Virus record (IMG/VR): IMGVR_UViG_3300005264_000079
Coordinates: 15,372-79,371 of that record
Reading direction: 5' to 3' (one strand)
Length of the DNA stretch: 64,000 bases
DNA from: a virus
Lineage: Duplodnaviria; Caudoviricetes
Both the position numbers and the translations under genes were made by a program. The notes under the pieces were generated by a model. That model was given only the letters and a program-made list of their open reading frames with translations, did no database searches and had not been told where the DNA came from. Positions 38,698 through 49,228 of the stretch are shown piece by piece. Position 1 is the first letter of the stretch, and each line of letters begins with the position of its first letter.

Positions 38698-39563
38698 ATT
38701 TTATTATATATCATATATGGTATATCCCTTTATGTATAGATCATTCTCTATTATCATAATGATAATGACATATCATTCTATTATCATAGTAATAATAATA
38801 ATTCTTATATATAAAGATAACAATTATTATGTTATTAAAATCTCTCATCCCTTACATTCTAATACACCCTTCACATACAAAAAATAATAATCAATTGTTT
38901 AACTCTGTATTCCCCTGTTGTAAAGGGTGATAAAAAAAAATAAGGAATATAAGGTTACCACATAATAAAGTAAATATATATAGTATAAATAATTAGTTTA
39001 TTAACGTATATATAAAAGATTGAATTCCCCTATATATAAGTAGTAAATAAATAAGTAAAAGAATAGGGGGAGAGAAAGATAATAAAGAAAGAACAAAGAA
39101 GAAAGAAGAATAATAGAAGGTGGAGGGCGTATTCATAGTCAATCGATTGACCAATCAATCTTGCCTTGTCTTCTCATATGATAATAATAATAATAATAAA
39201 ATAGTGTGATAATATTACCTTATCACACAAGTTAGATAAATAGTATGGAGTATACTACCAGGGTAGGAGTTCTGAAAACCACTACACATATGATAAGGTC
39301 TTGTGCTCATGTGCGTTGTATTTATCCAAAATTTAATATATTCTCTCTATAAGGCTTTGATATCCCACTCTCACAATAGTATTAAGGGTGGGTAAGTATT
39401 AGAGGGGCACCTTTATATATGCAATTAGTTATTGTTGAAATTTTTTTTAAAAAAAGTATTTCTTCTTTTTCCCTATAAGAGGTTAATACTTCTCATATGG
39501 TGTAAGCTTAGCTTTTGAGGATGGAATGAAGAGAGTAGTATTAGTGAAGAATTACCGGAAGGG

Positions 39564-39592
39564 TTGACAGATATTTGTTTTCATGAGATAAT
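39564..39592 (+). promoter_or_regulatory. sigma70-type promoter
   Basis: TTGACA-17-GATAAT; shares ttgacagatattt with the 32676 promoter. Confidence 0.7.
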
Positions 39593-39612
39593 GTAAAGAT
39601 AAGGAGGATGGA

Positions 39613-39830
39613 ATGAATGAATTGATTAAGATGGAAGAGAGAGATGGGATTGCTACAGTGAAAGCAAGAGAAGACTCTCTGATTGGATTAAACAGAGAAT
39701 TGAAACTTATGGGTTTTAAAAGGAAGAAGATTTTACGATTCACAAATTTGTGATTGGTAAAGCAATGTGCAAAGATTATTATGTTTCAATTGATATGGCT
39801 AAAGAATTGTCTATGGAGAATAAAACAAAG
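39613..39830 (+). pseudogene. AntA/AntB antirepressor pseudogene (paralogue of 28024-28743)
   Basis: MNELIKMEERDGIATVKARE, frameshift, then SDWIKQRIETYGF*KEEDFT...YYVSIDMAKELSME; truncated. Confidence 0.85.
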
Positions 39831-40728
39831 TGAAAAAGTTTGAAGTGGGAAAAAAGTACAAGTTTATAGCTGAGAAAAGCAGTAGTGAGACAAAGTTCAG
39901 ATGGGGATGAAGCACTGATATGGATTTTTTATGCAATGGAAACACTGAAGAGGTTATTGCAATAGTAGCAAATAGGGTATATTTAAAGGCCATACAGGGG
40001 ATTGGCATCTATCTACAGAAGATTTTGAGGAGGTGGGGTTTGATAAGAAGAAAGAATAGCAGAACTTGAGCATAGGGTAGCAGAGCTGGAAGCGACCAAG
40101 GAACTGAGGTATCCGTGTGTAGTAAGGCTTAATGACGGCAGAGTAGTTTTGAGGTATTCTAAAACTAACAGCATACAATTAAATGGCAGTTATAGAGAGT
40201 TTGGTGGCAAGTATGACAGATATGATTTCATCAATCGGACTACACCATTCAATGGAACAATTACATATAAAAATGGTAAGCCCATTAAGACAGAGATAAA
40301 CATTGAATAAAGAATAAGAATTTGTACAATGGCTAAAACATCTTTCCATATACAGCGTTAGAGATACAATTGGGTAAAGATACCCCCAAAGAGCTGAAAG
40401 ATGGGCTGAGAAGGATATATGAGGACGTGGAGAGGCAATACAGGAATGTTTCCCACTCACAAAATCTGTACAGCTTTTAGATGAGAATGATAGGCTTAGA
40501 GGTATTATCACAAGTATGTGTAATTGTAGACATTGTACAAGAAATTATAGCAAAGCAAAGTCTTTAAAGGAGGATAGTTTGGTAAACTTTTTCAATAAAT
40601 ACATATTAGGTATATTTAGGGTATGTCATGGGTGCAAAACACAAGATGGCATGGATTGTAAATATTGTATAAGAAATGGTAAAAGCCCCAGAACTGATAG
40701 AAAAGATATGTGGAGAAAAGATGGATAG
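39830..40728 (+). pseudogene. Run of frameshifted small ORF remnants
   Basis: Protein-like frames (e.g. IAELEHRVAELEATKELRYPCVV..., ALEIQLGKDTPKELKDG...) broken by frame changes; includes the 40516-40728 Cys-rich tail. Confidence 0.5.
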
Positions 40729-40969
40729 GAAGAGTGAAGTAGATATTTTATTTAAGGAAGCTACACGAGGAATTGAGTTCCGAGAGGATAAAACAAGTGA
40801 TGTGGCTTTATACTGGTTTAAAAAAGGATATGATGCAATGGTAGCTCAGAAGGAAGAGGCAATATCTCTATTACAGAATGCTCAATCCACATACACTAAT
40901 TATAGTGAAGAAGATGTTGTATGGTCGGAAAGATTAGAAGCTGTGCTGAAGAAAGTAGATCAGTCGTAG
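40721..40969 (+). CDS. Hypothetical protein
   Basis: ORF track; likely start ATG 40721 behind GGAG. Confidence 0.55.
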   Translation: MDRKSEVDILFKEATRGIEFREDKTSDVALYWFKKGYDAMVAQKEEAISLLQNAQSTYTNYSEEDVVWSERLEAVLKKVDQS

Positions 40970-40978
40970 GGAGAAAAT

Positions 40979-41203
40979 ATGGATAAGAATGGATTGATAA
41001 ATCAAGTAGATGAATATCAAGAGTGGGCTAAACTTCCTCTACAGGAAATACTTGACATAGTGGCAACAGATTACAGGGGGCTTAACTTGACAAACATACA
41101 TTTTGTATTTGATCATCAGATAGCAAGTATTAAGAGAATATGTACAGATGCTATTGGGTATATTGAGATGTTAGAGGAACAAGCAATCCCAACTAAAAAC
41201 TAG
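40979..41203 (+). CDS. Hypothetical protein
   Basis: ORF track; GGGAG RBS. Confidence 0.6.
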   Translation: MDKNGLINQVDEYQEWAKLPLQEILDIVATDYRGLNLTNIHFVFDHQIASIKRICTDAIGYIEMLEEQAIPTKN

Positions 41204-41211
41204 TTGGGATT
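41185..41211. terminator. Hairpin between convergent genes
   Basis: aatcccaacta-aaaac-tagttgggatt. Confidence 0.75.
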
Positions 41212-41217
41212 TAGAAG

Positions 41218-41307
41218 TTAGATTACAGACATTACAAACACGGCCATAATAATGGTCATAGTTGTAATTATCCCACAAGAGATAAGATACATTTTGTTTA
41301 CTTCCAT
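41218..41307 (-). CDS. 29-aa single-helix hydrophobic peptide, counter-oriented (not in ORF track)
   Basis: MEVNKMYLISCGIITTMTIIMAVFVMSVI; AAGGAG RBS; own promoter. Confidence 0.65.
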   Translation of the reverse strand: MEVNKMYLISCGIITTMTIIMAVFVMSVI

Positions 41308-41339
41308 AATGATTTCTCCTTTTATTTGGTTTTGGGATA

Positions 41340-41368
41340 ATAGTACACCTGTATTAGATTTTTGTCAA
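41340..41368 (-). promoter_or_regulatory. sigma70 promoter for the 29-aa peptide
   Basis: TTGACA-17-TACTAT. Confidence 0.7.
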
Positions 41369-41550
41369 GGAAGGGTTTATGAAAAGGGTAAAGTGGGAGT
41401 TTTTAGGTTAATCTCAGATTGTTTTGATTACTGAATTGCAAGACAATAGGCAAAAAGTGAACAGAATGAAGAGTGCTGTTATCATGGGGAAATCACTTGA
41501 AGAAATTGATAAAATATATGCAAGCATAAACTTGTAGAAGGAGGATAGGA

Positions 41551-42207
41551 GTGTTTACATATTATGAAACAAATGGTGTGGGAAGAGATTTTGTTTGCGG
41601 AGATATACACGGATGCTATACTGATCTATATGCAAAATTAAAAGAGGTGGGGTTTGATAAGAAGAAAGATAGGTTATTTCCGGTAGGGGATTACACGGAT
41701 AGAGGCCCTGAATCGGAGAAAGCCTTGGAGTTCCTTAAGGAAGAGTGGGTATGCCCTGTAATGGGCAACCATGAGTCTATTATTTTACAGTGCTACCAGT
41801 ATAAGACATCTCCGGCACTTTGGCACATGCAAAATGGTGGTATGTGGTGGTATAAAACATCACCAGAGTTCAAAGAAGAGTATCTTACAGTAATTAAATC
41901 TCTTCCTCTTGCTATTCAGGTGGGAGAATATGGTATTATTCATTCAAGGCTCCCAAGATATGCCTCTTGGGGTGATTTTGTTAAGCACCCTTCAGATTTC
42001 CAGGAATACTTGTTGTGGGAAAGAAATGAATTTTGCTACGATATTACTGATATTGATAAGGTATATGCCGGACATTCCATTCATGATGAGATTGTTGAGT
42101 ATGGAAATGTTATTGATATTGACACAGGGGCATTTCTAAAGTATTGTGATGGAGAAGAGGGCAAACTCACTGTTCTTGAATTAAAGCATAAGGAGAAAAC
42201 ATGTTAA
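41551..42207 (+). CDS. Ser/Thr protein phosphatase (lambda NinI/PrpA-like metallophosphoesterase)
   Basis: 'GDIHG', 'VGDYTDRG', 'MGNHE', 'IIHS', 'YAGHS', 'IDTGA'. Confidence 0.93.
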   Translation: MFTYYETNGVGRDFVCGDIHGCYTDLYAKLKEVGFDKKKDRLFPVGDYTDRGPESEKALEFLKEEWVCPVMGNHESIILQCYQYKTSPALWHMQNGGMWWYKTSPEFKEEYLTVIKSLPLAIQVGEYGIIHSRLPRYASWGDFVKHPSDFQEYLLWERNEFCYDITDIDKVYAGHSIHDEIVEYGNVIDIDTGAFLKYCDGEEGKLTVLELKHKEKTC

Positions 42208-43475
42208 AAAGATTAAAAGAATTTGTAGAGGAAGCTAATGCTTCAAATTCAACGTTGGATAAGAAGGATGTAGTCAGGAATTATCCTGATTTAAAAAATA
42301 TATTTGTTTGGACATACTCCCCTTACACAAAGTTTAATGTGACTTCAAAGCAGATTAAGAAGAGGAAAGATTTATGTGGCGATTTAGCACATATTACGCT
42401 AATTGCCTTGTTGCAGGATTTGAATGAAAGAGCATTGACAGGGTATGAGGCAATCTCTGCTGTCAATGCATTTATTACAAATAATGCTGAGTATGAAGAG
42501 ATTATTTATAGTGTTATTGATAAGAATTTGAAAACAAGAACAGATGCAAAACTAATCAATTCAGTATTTCCCAAACTAATACCTACATTTAATGTTGCTT
42601 TGGCAAATAAATACTTTGATAGAGTTGATAAGGTAGATTTTAACAAAGATACGTGGTATGCCAGTAGGAAGTTGGACGGAGTGCGATGCATAGCCATTCC
42701 TGATAGTAATGGTAAGTATTCTATGTTCTCCAGAGTAGGGAAAGAATATGTCACATTACAGAAAGTGGTAGATTCTCTTAACCATCTTAATTCTGGAATG
42801 GTGTTTGATGGTGAAATATGTATTGTAGATGATAATGGTAATGAGCATTTTGAGGATGTAATGAAGGAAATCCGTAAAAAAGGACATACAATTGAACATC
42901 CAAGGTACAAAATATTTGATTGCCTCACTATAGAAGAGTTTAGCGATGAAATGTCAAATACTATCCTTAACCATAGGATAGCACGTTATTCTCAGCTTTC
43001 AGCCGCTCCCTATCTTGACCCTGTTCCACAGAGTGTAGTAAATAACACAGAACAGCTTATGCAGATGTTTGATGAAGCAATTAACAGTGGCTGGGAAGGG
43101 TTGATTATCCGTAAAGATGTGGGTTATGAGGGGAAAAGAACAAATAATCTCCTTAAAGTGAAGAAAATGATTGACGCTGAATATGTTGTTGCATCAATAG
43201 AGTCTGGCCCATTTAGGATTATTTCAAAAGAAACAGGACTTGAAGAACAGGAGGAGATGCTTGCTAGAGTGAATATCACCCATAAAGGCAATAACGTGGG
43301 TGTAGGGAGTGGGTTTTCAATTGATCAGAGAAGGAAATATCTTAAAAATCCCAATGAAATAGTTGGGAAAACGATAACAGTAGCTTACTTCGAGGAAACA
43401 AAAGATAAAGATGGGAATTACAGCTTGAGATTCCCTGTTGTGAAGCATATTTATGAGGATGGGAGGAACGTATAA
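42201..43475 (+). CDS. ATP-dependent DNA ligase
   Basis: 'SRKLDGVRC', 'VFDGEI', 'IFDCL', 'WEGLIIRK', 'LLKVK', OB domain 'VGSGFS', 'SLRFP'. Confidence 0.95.
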   Translation: MLKRLKEFVEEANASNSTLDKKDVVRNYPDLKNIFVWTYSPYTKFNVTSKQIKKRKDLCGDLAHITLIALLQDLNERALTGYEAISAVNAFITNNAEYEEIIYSVIDKNLKTRTDAKLINSVFPKLIPTFNVALANKYFDRVDKVDFNKDTWYASRKLDGVRCIAIPDSNGKYSMFSRVGKEYVTLQKVVDSLNHLNSGMVFDGEICIVDDNGNEHFEDVMKEIRKKGHTIEHPRYKIFDCLTIEEFSDEMSNTILNHRIARYSQLSAAPYLDPVPQSVVNNTEQLMQMFDEAINSGWEGLIIRKDVGYEGKRTNNLLKVKKMIDAEYVVASIESGPFRIISKETGLEEQEEMLARVNITHKGNNVGVGSGFSIDQRRKYLKNPNEIVGKTITVAYFEETKDKDGNYSLRFPVVKHIYEDGRNV

Positions 43476-43574
43476 GGTATATAATCTTTTGAGCACTATA
43501 ATAAAATTATACATTGTGTGCTAAATTTCTCATTTTCTTGTACTATAACAAATATATGAAGTAAAGGAGTAAAC

Positions 43575-44306
43575 ATGGAAGAAGAAAAGAGTGTAAATGA
43601 GAAAAAAGCTGATGGAGTGAGAAAACGATGGGATATGGCAGAGGCTTTTAATGACCCAGAAGAAAGGTCTGGTAAACGATTTGACTATACTTGTTTCAAA
43701 CCATTCAAGTTGTCCATTAAGCAAAAAGAGTTTATTGTAACGTACATGAATCCTCCCTATTTAGGTAATAGGATGCACAGATATACAGTGTATGGTAAGG
43801 TGTACAACCCCTCTTCTGATAATGCTTGTAAAGCAAATTGTACAGCTTTGATGAATAAGAGCAAGATGAAAGAAGCTATGGTAGCTTATCAGGTGCACTC
43901 TCTAAAAAACCATAAGACAGAGGTAACAACAGAGACAATTGAAAATCTCAGGAAAAGAGCAAATTACCCCATTGAGGTGTTTTACAATGATGATGGTACT
44001 TGCAAGAATTTGAGTAGTATTCCTACAGAGTGGCATATTTGTATTGATAATATTAAAATTGATAAAAAGTCAAATGCTGGTAAGGGTGTAATTGAGACGA
44101 AAGAGTACAAATTGTGTGATAGAGATAAAGCACGAGAAGCTTTGGTTAAAATGTTAGGTGTTTTTAAGGATATGGAGAAAATTGAGGTGAGTGTGCCTAC
44201 AGGTGGAAAGGACGCTATTGATAGTGCTGAAGGGAATAATGCTGGTGGTTCTCAAATAGTGTTGAATATGAGTGTTGGGCATATGCCACAGAAGGAGAAT
44301 AAGTAA
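43575..44306 (+). CDS. Terminase small subunit
   Basis: 'LSIKQKEFIVTY' N-terminus and 'KLCDRDKAREALVKMLGVF' typical of TerS; lies upstream of TerL. Confidence 0.75.
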   Translation: MEEEKSVNEKKADGVRKRWDMAEAFNDPEERSGKRFDYTCFKPFKLSIKQKEFIVTYMNPPYLGNRMHRYTVYGKVYNPSSDNACKANCTALMNKSKMKEAMVAYQVHSLKNHKTEVTTETIENLRKRANYPIEVFYNDDGTCKNLSSIPTEWHICIDNIKIDKKSNAGKGVIETKEYKLCDRDKAREALVKMLGVFKDMEKIEVSVPTGGKDAIDSAEGNNAGGSQIVLNMSVGHMPQKENK

Positions 44307-44309
44307 TTT

Positions 44310-44625
44310 ATGGAAGGGATTGATATCAAAATAACTATGGGGGAAGCATTGCACTTTAGTAATACTATATGTAAATCTTTTTTTTATAAGTATGGTAGCT
44401 TTGATAGGTTTGACTGCAATAGGGCAGTTTGTTGAGGACATACCAGACGACAATAGTTGTTCTATGTATTTTACAGATGACTACCTTAAAGCTATAATTC
44501 TGCCAAAATGCTTTATTGCTAATGGTTATAGTGCATTTGTGTTGTATGATGAGCTTATGTCTAATGAAGATGAGTATATAGTTTTAGTAAACAAGATTTT
44601 TAATTGTGGCACTTTTGAAAAGTAG
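44310..44625 (+). pseudogene. Small gene apparently split by a frameshift
   Basis: ATG 44310 frame stops near 44435; a second frame (ORF 44392-44625) continues to 44625. Confidence 0.4.
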
Positions 44626-44636
44626 GGGAATATTTC

Positions 44637-47204
44637 ATGGCTAAAAAGGATATGGCTAAAATAAATGATAACAAGCCAGTTAATTTCACATTTAATTTTT
44701 CGGATAAGCAGAATTTTGCTTATTCAGTTGATGCTAATGAGATATTTTTTGGTGGCAGTAAAGGATCTGGTAAATTACTAGATTTAGATACCCCCATTTT
44801 AACAAAAAGTGGATGGAAGACCATGGGAACTATACATCCTGGGGACTACGTTTTTGGGGATGATGGTAAACCAACTAAAGTAATTGCTGAATCAGAAATT
44901 GACATAGAAGAAGAAACTTATGAATTAATTTTTGATGATGGTTCAAGTATAATTGAAAGAAAAAAAACAAGACCTTCCAGAGGAAAAGGGGAAAAACAAT
45001 GGCTTGCAGAAATTAATTCTAAACGTGAGTATAAGTATGATAATAGTATAAGTGGTGGTATTAGGACTACAAAAGATATTTTCAATACTTTTAAGACTTC
45101 ACAAGGGTATACTAATCACGCAATTCCTGTAGCAAAAGCCCTAGTGTATCCTGAACAATGGGAATTGTTTGAGAAACTTGGCTATAAAGTTTCTCATAGC
45201 ACAAAAGATAATATACATCATTGCATACTTGGTTTAAAAGTACAGTTACGGGAATTAAACTTGCTAAATAATAAACATATTCCTGATATTTATAAGTACA
45301 GTTCATACGCCCAACGTGTGGAATTGCTTAGGGGTTTATTTGACGCTGATGGGACAATAGCAAAAAGAGGAAAAACTGAGATATCATTATCTGATGAGAG
45401 ACTGTTTGATGACACTTTTTTTGTGTTAAGTTCTTTAGGGATAAAATGCAACAAGAATAAGAATAAAGCCTATTTGCATGGTGTCAGGAAAAAGGATAGA
45501 TATAGGACGTCCTTCTCCACAACTATACCTCTGTTTCATTTACCAAGAAAGTTAGAGCGGGTTCCAAAGAAGGTTGGTGCTACAACTAAATTTAGATATA
45601 TTTGCGGTATAAGTAAAATTGAAAATAGAGCAAAAAAATGTATTGAAGTGGATAATAGCACTCATTTGTATTTAGTAGGCAAGGCTTTAATTCCCACACA
45701 TAATTCACATCTAATACGATATGCGTCTATTTTGTATAGTTTGGCAGTGCCAGGATTACAGACATATTTGTTTAGACGGACAAGTAAGCAGGTTCGGTCT
45801 AATCACTTATTTGGTAGTACGGGATACATGTCAGTATTAAAACCTTTTATAGATGCAGGAAAGGTTGACATTAACCAGTCTGATAATAGAATAGACTTTT
45901 TTCACAAAGATGATAATGGTAATTCACTACCAACATCCTCTATTTTTTTGCGTCATTGTCAATACCAACAAGATGTTGAGGTCTACAGAGGATGTGAAAT
46001 TCATTTTTTGATAATGGATGAGCTTACTCACTTCACTGCCTACCAGTATAAGACATTAAGGAGTTGTGTCCGTTTAGGCTTGAAGGTGGATTACAAAAAA
46101 GCTCAAGAGATATTGACTTTTTATGATAGTGCGGGAGTATTAACTGGTAAAGCAGAGCCAGGATTTTTCCCAAGGATTCTATGTGCAAGTAATCCTGGGA
46201 ATATTGGTCACCAGTGGGTGAAAAGTGCCTGGATTGATTCTATGCCTCCTAATACAGTGCGACAAATGCCAGATGAAGATGGGGGTATGAAACGGATTTT
46301 TGTTGAAGCAAAGCTTGAGGATAATTATCACTTGTTGGAAAGTGATCCTTCATATAAAGCCAAACTTATAGGGGTAGGAGGGGATGCCGCAAGAGCAATG
46401 CTTGCAGGAGATTGGAATATAGCATCAGGATCAGCATTGGCTGACTGTTGGGACGCTCAGTATAATGTTATAGAGCCTTTTGATATCCCTGATGATTGGC
46501 ATATTGATCGAAGTTTCGACTGGGGGAGTGCTAAACCATTTGCAGTTTGTTACTTTGCTGAAGCAACAGGTACATCTGTCAGACTGCACAATGGGCAAAC
46601 ATACACACCTCCTAATGGTACGGTATTTATGATTGGGGAAATATATGGAAATGACCCTGATGATTCAGATCCAGATAAGGGTTGTAAGTGGTCAGCAAGG
46701 AGAGTAGGGGCAGCACTTAAAGAATATGAGGATTCAACACGATGGGGATATAGAGTGCTCCCCGGTGCTGGTGATGGGCAGATATTTGAAGCAAATAGAT
46801 CAGGTACAGATGAGAATATAAATGATAACTTACTTAGTGGTTACAACAGTTATCAAGCAAGTAATGAACATGCAAGCTACATCAACCAACATACTGAGGA
46901 ATTGTTTATTCGTGCAGATAAGTCAAAAGGATCAAGGAAAAAAGGTCTTGAGCTATTGCGGTCTTACTTGTTAGATGCACATTATAAAGATGTGGATGGG
47001 GAATTGATACCATCAGAAGAAGCTGGTTTCATTTTATTTGAAAATTGTACGAATGCCATAAGGACATTACCAGCAATACCAAGAGATGAGCATGATCCAG
47101 AGGACGTAAACAGTGAGGCTCCAGATCATATCTACGATGTTTGTCGTTATCGTTTGGCTTCGAGAAGGCCTCAATTCCAGACATTAGACATAATAGGACT
47201 ATAA
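44637..47204 (+). CDS. terL: Terminase large subunit, intein-interrupted
   Basis: Spliced Walker A GGSKGSGK|SHLIR, Walker B 'LIMDELTHF', 'SNPGNIGHQWVK', nuclease 'SFDWG', 'PDHIYDVCRY'. Confidence 0.93.
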   Translation: MAKKDMAKINDNKPVNFTFNFSDKQNFAYSVDANEIFFGGSKGSGKLLDLDTPILTKSGWKTMGTIHPGDYVFGDDGKPTKVIAESEIDIEEETYELIFDDGSSIIERKKTRPSRGKGEKQWLAEINSKREYKYDNSISGGIRTTKDIFNTFKTSQGYTNHAIPVAKALVYPEQWELFEKLGYKVSHSTKDNIHHCILGLKVQLRELNLLNNKHIPDIYKYSSYAQRVELLRGLFDADGTIAKRGKTEISLSDERLFDDTFFVLSSLGIKCNKNKNKAYLHGVRKKDRYRTSFSTTIPLFHLPRKLERVPKKVGATTKFRYICGISKIENRAKKCIEVDNSTHLYLVGKALIPTHNSHLIRYASILYSLAVPGLQTYLFRRTSKQVRSNHLFGSTGYMSVLKPFIDAGKVDINQSDNRIDFFHKDDNGNSLPTSSIFLRHCQYQQDVEVYRGCEIHFLIMDELTHFTAYQYKTLRSCVRLGLKVDYKKAQEILTFYDSAGVLTGKAEPGFFPRILCASNPGNIGHQWVKSAWIDSMPPNTVRQMPDEDGGMKRIFVEAKLEDNYHLLESDPSYKAKLIGVGGDAARAMLAGDWNIASGSALADCWDAQYNVIEPFDIPDDWHIDRSFDWGSAKPFAVCYFAEATGTSVRLHNGQTYTPPNGTVFMIGEIYGNDPDDSDPDKGCKWSARRVGAALKEYEDSTRWGYRVLPGAGDGQIFEANRSGTDENINDNLLSGYNSYQASNEHASYINQHTEELFIRADKSKGSRKKGLELLRSYLLDAHYKDVDGELIPSEEAGFILFENCTNAIRTLPAIPRDEHDPEDVNSEAPDHIYDVCRYRLASRRPQFQTLDIIGL
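44775..45704 (+). mobile_element. Class-3-like intein (310 aa) in the TerL P-loop, with partial LAGLIDADG domain
   Basis: Starts LLDLDTPILTKSGW (Leu1); block F 'KCIEVD'; ends 'IPTHN|S'; only one LAGLIDADG motif seen ('LLRGLFDADG'). Confidence 0.9.
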
Positions 47205-47224
47205 AACAATTTAAGGAGATATAA

Positions 47225-49056
47225 ATGGGAACAGAACATTTAAAGGGAGTGCTTAGTGTCCTCTCTGATGCTAAGGAGGGGGATATCCTCCCAATAAACC
47301 TCACAACACCACACCCTTTGTACAGTAAGTATGCAGAGATTTGGGGGAAGTGTAGGGATGCTTCTGATGGCGAAGAGGCAATTAAGGGGATTTACGATCA
47401 TCAGAACGCCGGTTATTCTTCTGGAGGCAGGACAAGACAGTATTTACCAAAGTTAAATGGGCAAAGCCAAGAGGAATATGCTAACTACCTTAGCAGAGCA
47501 CATTGGTTTGGGGCTTCTTCAAGAACAATAGGAGCTTATTTGGGGATGATTTACCGTAAGAATCCTCAAGTGTTTTACAAAAAGGAAAGGGAAACAGAAA
47601 TTCCTGATGATTTTTTTAATAACATTTCTGTAGAGGGTGCTTCCCTTACAGATTTCATGCACGAGGTGACAGAGGAGATTATTACTGTAAATCGTGTAGG
47701 GGTGTTAGTGGACTACCCTCAAAATTCTGAGGCACAGAACGCTACTTCAGCATATGAATATGAGGAGATTGTAAAAGAGAAAAGACTCACTCCTAATGTT
47801 TCTATGTATAAGACAGAGACAATAGTGAATTGGAATTGGACCTATATTGATGGGAAGTTAATTCCAATGTATTTTGTTTTAAAAGAAGAAGTATACAATG
47901 GTATAGACATGGGTTCCTTAGCTCCTGTAAAAACAGATATTTATAGGATTTTATTCTTAGAGCCTTACGAAAAGTTTTACAGGTATAAACAGCTTGTGTT
48001 TGAGAGTGTTGTTAGTGGTGTTGTTTCTAATAGTAATAGAGTTACAGAAGTGATAACCCCTCAGATGAATGGAAAATACATTCCATTCATTCCTTTTTAC
48101 ATTCTTGATGATAAAGGTATAAACTTTAAAAATATTAAGAAGCCTATGATCAATGATCTTGTGAATGTCAATGTTGGGCATTTTAGGAACTCTGCTGATT
48201 GGGAAAATGAGCTTCATATCGTTGGGCATAAAACGTTGTATTTCCCAGGATGGGATAAGAAGGTGTATGGTAATCCTAAGATTGGAGGGGCTTTAGCAGG
48301 CCCTGCAAATTGTGAACCTAAGATGATAGAAGCAAGTTCTGATTCTGGGATTAGAAAGGAAATGGATAAGAAAGTGGAGGAAATGGCTGTACTCGGTTCA
48401 GAGAAGATTTCCAATGCTTCAGGTTTTAATACTTCAGTGCCAGCAGGAAGAATGGCAACAGCTTCTGAATCTTCGACATTAACACTGCTTGCTGGATCTC
48501 TTGGGAGGTCTTTCACAGTTATAGGTAGGTTTTTGTTACAGTGGGCTGGTATAGAGGATACAGGAATAAATGTTCAGGTAAATAAAGATTTCTTCCAAGA
48601 TGACATCACTGGAGCAGAAGTACTTGAGTGGATGAATCTTGGGACACATACTTCTATAATCTTAAAAAGAAAGAAGTGTATCCAGAAAATTGTAATGGTG
48701 AACAAGAGAAAGAGAGGATTAAACAGTCCCTTATTGATCAGCTTAGTATTTCCGATGAGAAGTACATGGATATTCTTGAAAAGTTTGATAAGCTCTCTTC
48801 TGATGTTACAGCCACAATCACATCAAGTTCAGGTGGGCAGACCTTAGTTTCTGTTAGCACACAGGGTGGTGGTTCTAATATATCTACAAGTACTAAGCTT
48901 CCTGAAGGAAACATTGCTGGGGCTGAAGCTCGTAATAATGAGACACCAGGATCGAAATCAGCATCAGCTGATGAAGAGGATATTGATAATAAAGATAATC
49001 CTGAAAAGGTTAAGAAGAAAGAAGAAGATAGAGAAAAACATGACCCAAAACAATAA
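47225..49056 (+). CDS. Portal protein (DUF4055-like), frameshifted near 48635
   Basis: 'YLSRAHWF', 'GRVGVLVDYP'-like 'NRVGVLVDYP', 'YIPFIPF', 'NVGHFRNSADWE'; the C-terminal 'SWDTYFYNLKKKEV' block lies in the -1 frame (ORF 48628-49056). Confidence 0.85.
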
Positions 49057-49065
49057 GGAGAAATT

Positions 49066-49206
49066 ATGGCTATAGTAAGGTGTTATAGGAATAGTAGAGT
49101 GAAATCGAGGAGAACAGCTACCAGTAGTAAGGCTTGTGGATGTACGACTACTCCCAGATCCCCAAAAAGAAGAAATAGTAGACAAGGTATTTCTTCCAAA
49201 AAATAA
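49066..49206 (+). CDS. 46-aa Arg/Lys/Ser-rich basic peptide (not in ORF track)
   Basis: TAAGGAG RBS; MAIVRCYRNSRVKSRRTATSSKACGCTTTPRSPKRRNSRQGISSKK. Confidence 0.6.
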   Translation: MAIVRCYRNSRVKSRRTATSSKACGCTTTPRSPKRRNSRQGISSKK

Positions 49207-49228
49207 TTAAATTAGAGAGAGGAATCTT

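Noticed and set aside
48600-48680. Programmed frameshift in the portal gene
   Set aside because: No X XXY YYZ heptamer before the switch, and conserved residues seem to be missing, which fits a deletion.
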